A stretch of DNA of 63,777 nucleotides, filler included, from Chiloscyllium plagiosum (taxonomy: Eukaryota): NCBI RefSeq assembly GCF_004010195.1. It is 5 parts of one record of this genome, joined end to end, with 100 filler letters (N's around TTAATTAATTAA, not from the genome) between each part and the next. Parts side by side here need not be neighbours in the genome. Positions count along the whole stretch, not along the records: positions 31,215 to 44,974 come from NC_057712.1; positions 45,075 to 55,986 come from NC_057712.1; 3 more parts are not named here. The stretch is one strand, 5' to 3'. Both the position numbers and the translations under genes were made by a program. The first letter of the stretch is position 1, and every line of letters begins with the position of its first letter. The notes below the pieces were generated by a model. The model worked only from the letters and a program-made list of their open reading frames with translations, made no database searches and was not told where the DNA came from. This document shows, piece by piece, positions 39,436 to 51,739 of this stretch.

Positions 39436-40329
39436 CCCTTTGGATTCTCCTTCATCCTATTTGCCATAGCTATCTCATGTCCCCTTTGGTCCTCCTGATT
39501 TCCCTCTTGAGTATACTCCAACAGCCCTTAAACTCCTCGAGAGATACAAAAAAAAGTGAAGAACAGAGAGATTTGAAAAAAAGATGAGAATTTAAAATCA
39601 AGATGCTACTTAACTTGGAGCAAACAGGGGTAATAGCTGCTCCACACTTGGTGCAAGTTAAAAACATGAGCATCAGACTATCGGCTGACTTCAAACTTGT
39701 GGGAAGTTAGAATGTATGACACCTATCAGAAGGTTATTCACATAGTGAAGCCAAGAGGCAAAGAAAGCACAAATGAGTATTGCAGTGACAGATGAGCTGA
39801 AATGGGACAAAGCCAGCCAATACTTTGCCTTCCCAAATTAATAAGTGGCTTCAGGTTCAGGTGTTCTCTGTGAAATTAGTCCATCTTCCGACTTTTCCGA
39901 CTGACCTTTATTTAGAAAGGAGAGAGAGCAGGATTGAGACCCAAAAATGAAAATGTATTCTGTTCTCCCCACCAATGCTGCATGAGCTGCTGTGTATTTC
40001 CAGCATAGTCTATTTTTATTTCAACCCTCTATTGCTTGCTGACTAAGGACATATGGTAACTATCATAATAATTAAGTGACAGAGTCTTATCTGAGTCTGA
40101 CAGACACAGGCTATGGAAAGATTTGTAGAAGAATCAGACAAGGTTCTGGCGAGGCTTATCTCAACATTAGAAGCAGCCCGTTGCATCTTTGATGATTTTG
40201 ATGGGCAGTGAGGTGAGATTTCTCACTAGGCAGTGAATGAGTTGCCAAATAAGAGGGTTTATACCTCGTAAAACACCTCACTAATGTCACAATTACCCTT
40301 ATTAATACTCAGCTTCCTAGCTTGCAAAA

Positions 40330-40562
40330 ATGTGGAGGTGCCAGTGATGAACTGGGGTGGACAAAGTTGAGAGTCACACTACACCAGGTTATAGTTCAAC
40401 AGGTTTATTTGAAAGTACAAGCTTTCGGAGCACCACTCCTTTATCAGGTATCTATGTATCCTGTTCCACTAGCTACCCGATGAAGGAGCAGTGCTCCAAA
40501 AGCTTGCACTTTCAAATAAACCTGTTGGACTATAACTTGGTGTCATGTGATTCTTAATTTTA
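40330..40562. mobile_element. Fold-back family-B Penelope-like insertion
   Basis: Inverted GTTATAGTTCAACAGGTTTATTTGAAAG / CTTTCAAATAAACCTGTTGGACTATAAC with two mutated hammerheads. Confidence 0.8.
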
Positions 40563-41099
40563 TCTTGACACACACACACAGAACAAGCTAGACATCGAGA
40601 ATTCTCCACATGGAAATCAGGGCAGGTACCTGGCAAATTTAGCTCACTGCTTGCTGCAATGAAGCTTCAGGTTGGATACTGGGCCCTGACATCTCAATGC
40701 CTGCTTCATGGGTACCATCCACACATGCCTCACGTTCACAGATTATGGCACTCAACATGTGACAGTCTCTAACAACTGTCCTATCACATCTCTTTCAATA
40801 TGCTACTTTACTTCAATCTTGCCCCTCACGCTGCACCAGCAACTGTCAATGCAATGCTGCTGCAAGAGCACTGTGTGCTCATGGACTGGACCAGGCTGTA
40901 TCTCTGGGCTGTTCAATTGCTCTTTTACTGCCCATTCACTTTGTGCCTACCTGGATGGCCACATATCCTTGACTTGAATTGCCTTGCTTTTTGCTCTTTG
41001 ACCCCTCATCCAGAGAAATTATCTGTTTAGCCTGCAAAATAATAAACTAGAAACCATTGCCAACCTCTTAAACTACCAGTTTGTCTAGTTGTCCCACAA

Positions 41100-41340
41100 T
41101 CCAGACATAAAGCCCATACGCCTCTGCCCATCACCAGTTCTCTGGGCATAAATGTCATCATCAGGTCCTGGCTGCCCCCAGCCCTCCATGTGTAAAGCCT
41201 GTCAGTAACACTTTGGCTGCCCTCAGATCGTCAGGCATAAAGCCCATCATCAGCCCTCTGTTGAACCCCAAATCGCCAGGTGTAAAGTCCATCCCCAGTT
41301 CTCTGGCTGTCCCCAGTTCTCCAGGCATAAAGCCATAAAG
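41100..41340. repeat. Diverged ~45-nt tandem repeat (6 units)
   Basis: Motif YCAGGYRTAAAG recurs near 41101, 41142, 41186, 41231, 41276, 41321. Confidence 0.7.
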
Positions 41341-41678
41341 GGCGGCACAGTGGCTCAGTGGTGAGCACTGCTGCTTCACAGCAGCAGCGACCCGGGTTTA
41401 ATCCCAGCCTCAGGGGTCCGTGTAGAGTTTGCACATTCTCCTCTTGTTTGAGTGGGTTTCCATTGGATGCTCCGGCTTCCTCCCATAATCCAAAGATGTG
41501 CGGGTTAGGTGGATTGGCCATGCTAAATTGTCCGTGGTGTTCAAGGATACGTAGGTTAGGCGCATTAGCCATAGGAAACGTGGTGTTACAGGGAAAGGGT
41601 CTGGATGGGATATTCTTTGGCGGCTTGGTGTGAACTTGATGGGCCGAATCACCTGTTTCCACACTGTGAGGGTTCTAT
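41341..41678 (+). mobile_element. HE1-type V-SINE
   Basis: A box TGGCTCAGTGG, V-domain, CR1-like tail. Confidence 0.88.
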
Positions 41679-42284
41679 AAACTAAAATCAAACCTGGTTC
41701 ACATTACTGCTGAAATCATACAAAGAACTGCAGATGCTAGAGATCTGAAACATAAAATGGAAATTGCTGGCAAAACTCAGCAGGTCTGTCAGCATCTGTT
41801 GGAGGAAAGCAGAGTTAATGCTACAAAACAGTGACTACGGTGAAGGTGGTTATCAGGGTCTATGTGTCATAGGTTTAATGATATAGATTGGTGTGGAGAG
41901 TGTTAGGGTTTAAAGGGATCATGTGGGGTATGAGATGGTATGGGTTGGCATGGATGGGTCATAAGGTGGTAAGGGGCTGGAGAGCTGTTTTCTTTTAATA
42001 CTTCAATGTAGTTCTAGTGCGCAGAGGCCATGAATCATGCAGAAATCCTGATCTGACAAAATTTTCCCATAAAAAAAAAGAAAGTTCTGCGTTCAAGGTG
42101 TGTAGACCATTCTGACAAATGATACATCCACTGTGATAATTCCCTGTACCTACCTGCTGCATAATTTCTAACTGAGTCCTTGGTCCAAACACTATAACTT
42201 AGGTGAGTCCATTGGAGGTGCCTTGGAGATCTACTTTACCTCAAAGGTATTGAGTCATACAGCATAGAAGCAGACGGTTCAGCC

Positions 42285-42615
42285 CAACCTTCTCTCCATT
42301 TCACCTGCTGGAGAACAGCACTGTGAAAGCTTGTGATTTCAAGTAAACCTATTGGACTATAACCTGGTGGCGTGTGACTTCTGACTTTGTCCACCTTATC
42401 TATTCCCCTCATGATTTTATAAACCTCTATAAGTTCACTCCTCAGCTTTCCCACTCCAGAAAAATTGTCCTACCCATCCCTGCCTCTTCTTATATCTCAA
42501 ACTCTCCAGTCTTGGTAACATCCTTGTAAATCATTTTTGCACCATTTAATAACATTCTTCTGCAAAATTACTAACCATGCCTCCTATATTCTTGTTCAAA
42601 TCATTTATATAAATG
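42285..42615. mobile_element. Family-B pLTR fragment (+, to 42395) inside a minus-strand CR1 remnant
   Basis: GAAAGCTTG..GGACTATAACCTGGTGG; reverse ELIEVYKIMRGIDKV. Confidence 0.7.
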
Positions 42616-42689
42616 CTGTATTAGTTTTGCAGGCAGTGCTGGGTGCACATTAATACGCCCAGTACTGCCTTCAAAACTAATACAGCATT
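42612..42689. repeat. 78-nt inverted repeat (34-bp stem, 10-nt loop)
   Basis: AATGCTGTATTAGTTTTGCAGGCAGTGCTGGGTG / CGCCCAGTACTGCCTTCAAAACTAATACAGCATT. Confidence 0.9.
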
Positions 42690-44261
42690 CTGTAATGACA
42701 ATGGCCAAATGACATTTGGGATCACAGAATGATTCCAGTGACAACTCTGTGCTCAAATAATAGATTAAAAACAAGAAACAGTGAATGAAAGTTTCTTTTT
42801 CTGCTCAAATGTACAAAGAAATGACTCAGAATGAAATAAAATCAAAATGACAGAAAAAGACATGCAGACATGTCTTGGAGCTTGGTGGCCCTGGGTTCCC
42901 ATATATTGTTGGGATCATTGTAACTGAAATAGAAGCAGATTGACAAATCAACTGTTCAATTCCGTGGACTTTGCTATAATATCAAATACCTGCTGCAATC
43001 GCCACATCACTATAAGCGTTGAAATGTATCATATGTTTGGCATGTGCAGTTTTATTTTCTCATATGGTGATGAAATTAACTATCCATGGCTTGTGTTATC
43101 CTCCTATCATTCAGCGATGATTTTCCAACAGCAGTTACTCATCCCACCTACCACTTGGTGCCAGATTAAACAGGCAGGATTTTCTCAGTCCAGTGTGGCA
43201 GTAATTGAGGAGCAGGAGCAGGGAATAAAGCAGGGAGCCAGAAAGGTACAACACATTCCCGGGAGCACTGTAGGTTCCCTGAAGTGGGCAGAACTAAGCA
43301 CCGTTGCAAGGTGACAAGCTGCCAATCGGTATATTAATGGCCCCAGTTAGAGCACACACTAATATTTTGTGGGGGAATGGAGCAACCTTCCCTGAGGGAA
43401 ATGTGGAAGCCACGGGCTTGCCACAGGCCACAGTCTGTGCGGTTACAAAACATATCAGCCATGTTCAATGAAAGAGCAGACTTGATGGACCAAATGGCCT
43501 AACTCTATTCCTGTACCTTATAGTCTTATGGGCTGGGGAGGCTGACCACAGGCCTTTCAGCCTCAGACTTAATGTCAGTTGATTGTGAGAAGGTGTGGGT
43601 TTTGGGTTCACTACTGCTCCATCTAACTAAATGCCCTTCTCTCCAAGCCTGTTTCTATGGAAGTGAAGAGCTCTGGATTGTGTTGCAGCAACAAAACAGT
43701 GGAAACTCTACAGATGTCGCCAACAGATGGTCTGCAAGGTACTCACAGCATGGTAACAGGTCATTTACTGGTAGAACAGGGAGGAATGACGTCTGTATCT
43801 ATAAAGATAACTGCAAAAATATGGTAAATACTTCACCGGAATGATAAACTAAATTGGTTTTCAACAAGAAAAATCTTGTGTTTAGTTATTTAACAGCTAG
43901 AAGTCAAACCTAAACTCTTTTCACATTGAATTATTGCAGGGACCTGAGTGTTGGCTTCTTTCTCATCAGACTTGGTTACTTCGGAAAAAAAAGATTTTGA
44001 AAGGACAATGGACTGACCCACTAAATCAATTTGTCCTCCTTGGTGATCTTTGCAATATAAACATAAGACTGATCCCCAGTGGGGTTTTAAAAGTGCAAAA
44101 TAACAAGACATTTGTACTTTTACTTCCACTCCCATTAGTATCTTCTATTCCTTTGACATGACTTCACTACTTTGAATATTAATGATAACAAGGACATACA
44201 TTTGCTACAAAAGTGTCAGGTGAAATTTTCAATCAATTCTCAGCAAAGGTATTCCTCAGTG

Positions 44262-44974
44262 CTACAGCGGGCGGACAGAGAGGGGAGCCGGAAGGTAAGC
44301 GGAGACCAGTTTAAATTAACGTTTTTCTTTTCGCAGTCTTCAACTAGGAGCGGGAACCCAGAAGTCGTCAACAGAGGCTTCTGGGAAGGTAAGAAGTTTG
44401 AGTGGAGAAGGAACCCGAGACACTACACGTGTATTGTCCCCCACCCTCCCTCCTCCTCTAACCTAAAACAAAGGACTCAGTCGGCTGAACAGGTAAGCTA
44501 CTTAGTGTTCTTATTTTGGAGACTAAGTGTAGAGTTATGGCAGCACAGGCAGTGGAATGTTCCTCCTGCAGCATGTTCGAGGTAGGGGTGACCACCGATG
44601 CTCCTGCCGACTTCACCTGCAGGAAGTGCAGCCAGCTCCAGCTCCTCACAGAACAAGTTAGGGAACTGGAGCTGGAGTTGGATGAACTGAGGATTATTCA
44701 AGAGGCTGAGAGGGTGATAGATAGAAGCTACAGGGACATAGTTACGTCAGAGAACAGAGGTAGCTGGGTAACAGTTAGAGGTGGGAAGGGGAGGAAGCAG
44801 GCAGTGCAGGGAGCCCCTGTGGTCGTTCCCCTCAACAATAAGTATACCGCTTTGGATACTGTTGGGGAGGACGGCCTAGCAGGGGTAAGCTGCAGTGACC
44901 GGGTCTCTGGCACGAGGTCCGGCTCTGAGGCCCAGAAGGGAAAGGGGAAGAGGAGGAGAGCGCTAGTTATAGGA
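44262..44974 (+). mobile_element. CR1 5' end: 5'UTR and intact ORF1 N-terminus (ATG 44537) up to the gap
   Basis: MAAQAVECSSC..FTCRKC (Zn finger), coiled coil LTEQVRELELELDEL, VPLNNKYTALD, RRALVIG (start of the SGNH/esterase domain). Confidence 0.9.
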
Positions 44975-45668
44975 NNNNNNNNNNNNNNNNNNNNNNNNNN
45001 NNNNNNNNNNNNNNNNNNTTAATTAATTAANNNNNNNNNNNNNNNNNNNNNNNNNNNNNNNNNNNNNNNNNNNNATAGGGAATGCTGGATGACTAAAGAA
45101 ATTGAGGGTTTGGTTAAGAAAAAGAAGGAAGCATATATAAGGTTTAGACAGGATAGATCGAGTGAATCCTTAGAAGAGTATAAAGGAAGTAGGAGTATAC
45201 TTAAGAGGGAAATCAGGAGGGCAAAAAGGGGGCATGAGATAGCTTTGGCAAATAGAGTTAAGGAGAGTCCAAAGGGTTTTTACAAATACATTAAGGACAA
45301 AAGAGTAACTAGGGAGAGAATAGGGCCCCTCAAAGATCAACAAGGCAGCTTTTGTGTGCAGCCACAGAAAATGGGGGAGGTACTAAATGAATATTTTGCA
45401 TCAGTATTTACTGTGGAAAAGGAAATGGAAGATATAGATTGTAAGGAAATAGATGGTGACATCTTGCAAAATGTCCAGATGTCCAGGTAAGTATAGGAAG
45501 AAATGCAAGATATTCCAAAAGTATATGTAGGAGAACAGGATAGCAAGGAAAGAATAGGGCCCATGACGGACTGAGAAGGCAATCTGTGTGTTGAACTGGA
45601 GGACACTGGTAGGGTTTTAAACAAGTACTTTGCATCTGCCCTCACTCAGGAAAACAGAATGTAAATAA

Positions 45669-45992
45669 GGGCAGCACGGTGGCACAGTGGTTAGCACTGC
45701 TGCCTCACAGCACCAGAGACCTGGGTTCAATTCCCACCTCAGGCGACTGACCTTGAGGAGTTTGCACGTTCTCCCCGTGTCTGCGTGGGTTTCCTCCGGG
45801 TGCTCCGGTTTCCTCCCACAGTCCAAAGATGTGCAGGTCAGGTGATTTGGCCATGCTAAATTGTCCGTAGTGTTAGGTAAGGGGTAAATGTAGGGGTATG
45901 GGTGGGTTGCGCTTCGGCGGGTCGGTGTGGACTTGTTGGGCCGAAGGGCGTTTCCACAGTGTAAAGTAATCTAATCTAATCTAATCTAATCT
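45669..45992 (+). mobile_element. Young full-length HE1-type V-SINE
   Basis: A box TGGCACAGTGG, B box GGTTCAATTCC, V-domain, (AATCT)n tail. Confidence 0.93.
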
Positions 45993-46892
45993 ACAGAATA
46001 TGGGGAGAAGGGCTGTAAGGTTCTTGAACAGTTTGACACAGGGGGCATTAAAGGTATTGGTGAGCTTAAACGTGAACAAATGCCCAGATTCCGTTCAGGT
46101 GCGTCTCAGGCTGCTTTGGGAGATGAAAGAAGAAATTGCAGAGGCTCAGGTTTTTAAAATTTTTTTCTGGCTATGGGGAGCGCCAAAGGACAGGAAGACA
46201 GCTAATGTGGCTTGACTTCTCAAAAGGATATGAAGGATAAACCAGAGATTTGCAGACCAGAGGTAGGGAAACATCTCACTTCAGTGGTAGGGAAGGTACT
46301 GAAAATATTCTGAAGGAGAGAATTAATCTCCATTTGGAGAGGCAAGGTTTTATTGTGGGTAGTCAGCAATGTTTTGCCTGAGGGAGGTCATGCTTAACAA
46401 ATTTAATTAAACAGATACAAAGGAGGTGATCAGGTGTGTCAAATGAGAGGAGTGCATTTAATGTAGTTTATAGAGATTTCAGCAAGGCCTTTGACATGGT
46501 CCTTCAAGTGAAACTGATAAAGATGGCAAAACATGTGGGACCCAGGGTAATTTGGCAAGATGGATTCAAAACGGGCTTACTGGTAGAAGTCTATTTGTGT
46601 GACCGTAGACCAGTGTCTGGTCACATACTGCAGGGATCAATGCTGTCCCTTATTGTCCATTTTATATATATAAAGAAAGGTATAGATGAGAATGTCAGGA
46701 GAGGGGGAGATGATTAGTAAGTTTGTAAATGACATGAAGATTGTGAGGTGGCTGCTAGTGAGGAAGAAGGTTTTAGATTACAGAAAGATTTAGGAGGATT
46801 AGTCAGATGGGCAGATCAAAGGCAAGTGAAATTTAACACGGAAATGTGAGAGGTGATGCACTTTGGAAGAAAGAAAGAAACAATGGAGTACT

Positions 46893-47209
46893 TTAGATTA
46901 GATTAGATTACTTACAGTGTGGAAACAGGCCCTTCAGCCCAACAAGTCCACACCGCCCCGCCGAAGCGCAACCCACCCATACCCCTACATTTACCCCTTA
47001 CCTAACACTACGGGCAATTCAGCATGGCCAATTCACCTAACCTGCACATCTTTGGACTGTGGGAGGAAACCAGAGCACCCGGAGGAAACCCATGCAAACA
47101 CGGGGAGAATGTGCAAACTCCACACAGTCAGTTGCCTGAGTCGGGAATTGAACCCGGGTCTCTGGTGCTGTAAGGCAGCAGTGCTAACCACTGTGCCACC
47201 GTGCCGCCC
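46893..47209 (-). mobile_element. Young full-length HE1-type V-SINE
   Basis: Reverse complement of the 45669 copy with (AGATT)n. Confidence 0.93.
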
Positions 47210-49415
47210 ACAATGAATGGCAAGACACCAGGAAGCTCAGAGGAACAGGGATATCTTTGGGTGTTTATCCACACATCCCTGAAGCCAACAGAACAGTTAT
47301 TAGGGTAATTAAGATGACACATGGGATGCATGCCTTTCTCAGCTATGGCACAGGGAGGTTATGTTGCAGCTGTCTAAAACTTTAGTCAGTCCACAACTGA
47401 AGCACTATGTGCAGTCTGGTCACTGCACTGTAGGAAGGATGTGATTGTACTGGAGGGAATGCAGAGGAGATTCATCAGGATATTGCTTTGGTTGCAGCAG
47501 GATAGCCATGAAGAAAGATTAGATGGGAGAGGTTGTGTTTTTTTTAGAGCAGAGAAAGCTAAGGGAGGACCTGATGAATATGTTGTATAAAAGCTGTATA
47601 AGATTACGAGGAGCACGGACAGGATAGATAGGAAGCAGCTGTTCCTCTTGGATGAAGGGTCAACAAGGGGACATAATTCTTAAGGTGAAGGGCCGGAGAT
47701 TTAGAGGGAATATGAGGGAAGGCATTTCACTGAGAGGTTGGTGGGAATCTGGAATGCACTGCCTGAGAGGGAAGTAGGATGGAAAACATCACAGCCTTTA
47801 AAAAGTACAAGGATCAGGATTTATATGTTATATTATTCAAAGCAATGAGCCTAGTGCTGGAAAATGGGATCAATGTAGATAGGCCAGTGCAGACTCAATG
47901 GGCCAAAGGGCCTTTTCTTTGCTGTATAATTATTTTACTTTATACTCTGGAAGTGCAGCTGTGTCCTAAAGGTTTTGCCTGATTTGTAGTCTAGTAATTA
48001 CCTCAAACCACTGTAACCTAAAATTCAGGTCTTTGAGAAATGTTATGACTGTATAAACAAAAGGACCATAAGACCAATGTATTTTATCAGATGTATTCCT
48101 CTGTGAAGTGCTTGAGATGACTTTAAGATGCTGTATAAATGTAAGTTGTTGCTTGCCCCAATAACAAGCTGCACAAGAATTCTGATGGTGAGTACAATGC
48201 ATTGGCACTCAGTAGGTTAAAATAGTACCATTGAAATATAGGTATTTGCAATATTGCAGCAATGTCAACGACTTAATCTGGACATGGTGAGCACTAAACC
48301 ATCTAAATTATGGAAAAAGCAACTTTGATATGAAGACTTATATGCTACATTATGAAATAAAGCAAGAAAACGTTTATTTACAGATAAATATACTAATTAG
48401 GCCAAGGAGGCACTTTGGCTCCTCAAGCCAATCAAGTTTTATCTGTTTGTGTTTGAGTTTAACATTCCCACTTTTAATTTTGTTGCTTAGCAAGAACCTA
48501 TCTACTCGCTTAAAATTATTTAATGACCCTATCTCCGGCACCTTTTGAAGCAGTGTTCCAAAGTCACACAATCCTCAGAGATAAGGTTCTCCTCATCTCT
48601 GTCCTAAAAAGGACAGTCATGCCCCCTGGTTCTGGACTCAACCACAAGAGGAAATATCCTGTCCAGTTCTATCTTGTTAAGATTGTTCAGGACCTTATTT
48701 AGTTTAGCTATTTATTATTATGTTGCCAATTGTGAAAATAAACTAATACAACACTACTATTGTTCTTATTCGCCTCATATTCTCAATTCTGTTTTGGTGA
48801 TTAATACTTAAGCATATTGATACATGCAAAGTAAAAACCAAACTTGAATTTAAAGCGTACTCTGTCAGTCCTCAGGATACCACAAAAATCTCCATAGCCA
48901 AAGAATTAAGCACTTTTGAAATGTTCTCAATGTTGGAAAGTAAATATAAAGCAGCTTTTTCCAAAATAAATATTTAGTTGGCTGAACAGTTGAAATTGTG
49001 TCAATTCATTAGATGCATTAAGTTCATATTCAATGTGAACACAGCTTTTGATAATTCCAGCAATAGAAAGAATTTTTTGAAACACTCCAGTAATGGCAGC
49101 ACAAATGATGCTCCTTTTTTTCTCTGAACGTTATGTACTTTTGGCAATAAGCTAGCCCATCAGATTGAAATTCAAGCTACTCTTTATGTTTCTCTCTTTT
49201 TTCAAATGATATAATTTTGACTGTTAAATTGAAACAGCACATATTACTTAAAACAAATAACAGGAGGTAAGTTAAAGGTAATTGATGCTGAAATACTCAA
49301 ACATCAGCGTAACAATGTTTCCCAAATTTCTGGTTATGTGAATGCCTTGTAACTGACTTGCAGATTTAATCTACACACATTCACATTGTTAACATGTCCT
49401 TTTGATCCTGGGGTT

Positions 49416-49424
49416 TCTTACCTG
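49416..49424 (-). promoter_or_regulatory. BCKDHB: Consensus 5' splice donor (CAG|GTAAGA) 9 nt after the BCKDHB stop codon
   Basis: Minus strand reads TAA ATGTGACAG|GTAAGAAAC, with GT at 49421-49420. Confidence 0.65.
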
Positions 49425-49430
49425 TCACAT

Positions 49431-49610
<180 letters not shown>

Positions 49611-50399
49611 TCAGTAGCAATCAGATTTTGTTTACAAAAATTAACCTTCTAGGTGGTTCAGCTACACCCACAAAGCACAAAGTGTACTCTATTTAGTCCC
49701 TGCTCTATCTAGTACGCGTTTGTGTTAACAAATACTGTTTCTGATATAGTGTATTGTGCTCTGAGCACTTCTGGCCCAGAACTGATGTGGTAACATCATA
49801 TCAACTGGTTTAGTTTTCAGTGTCTGACATTTCTTTTCTCCACATTGCAAATCCATCCATGTTCCCTTATCTGCATAACATTAATCTGACTCATGAAAGG
49901 CAGCTTTAGTTTACAGAAAAAATATGCAGCATGTCTCACAATGATATTATTGTTCCTTTTTGTGTTTAATAGGTCATATAATAAGAAAGGATTGACTTCA
50001 AAGCTTTGTTCATTGAGTTAAAGAATTCTCTCCAAGGGACATTGAAAGCATCTACTACAGCAGTGCTTCCTGGTATAATGTCCAAAGGTGAGAACACACA
50101 TTTCTCACTTATGTAAAAATAATCTATGCAAGTTCTGCTTGTCATCACTCTATACATGTTCAGAAAGCAAACTGATCTCAACTATTGGGTCCCTATCCTC
50201 AACATTTTATCAAAAACACTGTAATATAGTAAGAAGAAAATATATTCTATGATTTTGCACTGCTTTTAAGCAATAATTTACATCTATACAGGTCAGCACG
50301 GGGGATAACAAGTTGCTATTTTGATTAAACAACAAGGATACAGAAAGTGGCACTTGTCATAATGCATGAATAGCATATTCCATTAATGGCAATTGCTGC

Positions 50400-51230
50400 T
50401 GATAATATCATGTTGACATTACTGATAGGATACATGATATTCCACAGTTCCAGAATTCTGCAGATCCTGAAGCAATCCACATTTATGAGCAGTAAAACCT
50501 GCACAACATCCAGGTATGGGTTGATAAGAGTCAAATAGCATTCACTTCACACCAAATGCCAGGCAAAGACTTTATCCAAGAGTGTTTAACTATCTCCACT
50601 TGATATGTATTCAATTATACTGCTATCATCAAATCCCATACTATCAACATCCTGTGGGTTACTATTGACTAGGAAAATACTCAACTGTACCCACCATATA
50701 AATACTACAGTTACTATAAGATAGATGTTCTGTGGCAAGTGTTTCACCACCTGATTCTCCAAGGCTTTTCCACCACTGAAATGGCCAAAATATGGTTGTG
50801 ATTAAATACGTTTGGTTAAATGTATCTGTAACACATTCATAAAGCCCCGAAAAGGACAAAGGAATCCTTTCGATCAACATCCAATCCATAATTTTAAAAT
50901 CCACTTCCCTAACTGCGTATCTGCAGTGTATATTATCTATAGGTTGTACTCAAGTGAGTATCTAAGGTTACTTTGGTAGAACCTTCCAAACCTATAGCCT
51001 GCATCACCTGGAAGGACAACAATAGGTGCACAGGAGCACCATTATATTCAGGTTTCCTCCAAGTCAAACACCATCCTTATTGTGGTATATGTCGCCCTTC
51101 CTTCACTGTAATGGAGTTAAGATCCTGAAATTTCCAACGTACCAATATTATCGAAGCAGGATCATGAGAAGATCTGCAATGACCAAAGAGGGCCCTGACC
51201 ATAGTCTCAGTGCGCGTAAAGTTTAAAAAA
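50400..51230 (+). mobile_element. Degenerate family-Z LINE 3' part
   Basis: Collinear with 52298-53305. Confidence 0.6.
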
Positions 51231-51739
51231 GTGGACACTTAATTGCATTACAGTTATTGACCTGATAAGAAGGACATTTAAACCTTCAATTCCCTTTACT
51301 GCTGTCTGCAATTCAGTATGGTTTAACTTTTCAAAAGGTAAATGTATGTTTTTAAAGCTCCACTGCTGTGTCGTCAATTTAAAGATACTGACAGCAGACT
51401 TTCATGGGTTTAAGCTAAGAGGATTATTTATTCACATAATTGCCCAAAAGCTCTATGTCTGTCACACACCACACACTTGAGAAACATTCAATGTCAGAAG
51501 GTAGTACACATCAATATCTATTAAACCAAAATAACAGTTGACAGTTCATTTGTCCTAGTGCATCAGTGAAAAAGGAATATTTTATTCAATTTTTCATCTG
51601 AATTTAAGCTAAATTCAAATAACTGTAGATGCATATTCAGTTTAAGTATAGAGCTCCTTTGAAGAGATGACTGTCCAGCAGGTCAGATATAAAGGCATCC
51701 ACAGCTGTTGTATTAGGTAAAGATAAAGCTTGTACTAAA

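Larger units (their letters stand above)
37890..39540 (-). mobile_element. Family-Y CR1 with internal deletions
   Basis: EKPGNCRHVSLTS, DVVYMDFSKVFNKVPH, VPQG..FADDTK, RGDLLEIYK. Confidence 0.92.
45075..47930 (+). mobile_element. Family-Y ORF2 piece (45075-45480) followed by an older CR1 3' half carrying two SINEs
   Basis: KGFYKYIKDKR..EVLNEYFASVF; VVYRDFSKAFD; degenerate 3' motifs. Confidence 0.85.

Noticed and set aside
44400..44495. Possible HDV-like ribozyme in the CR1 5'UTR
   Set aside because: Could not build the nested P1/P2/P3 pseudoknot by eye on either strand
45669..45740. tRNA-like A/B boxes at several sites
   Set aside because: They are SINE heads, not tRNA genes
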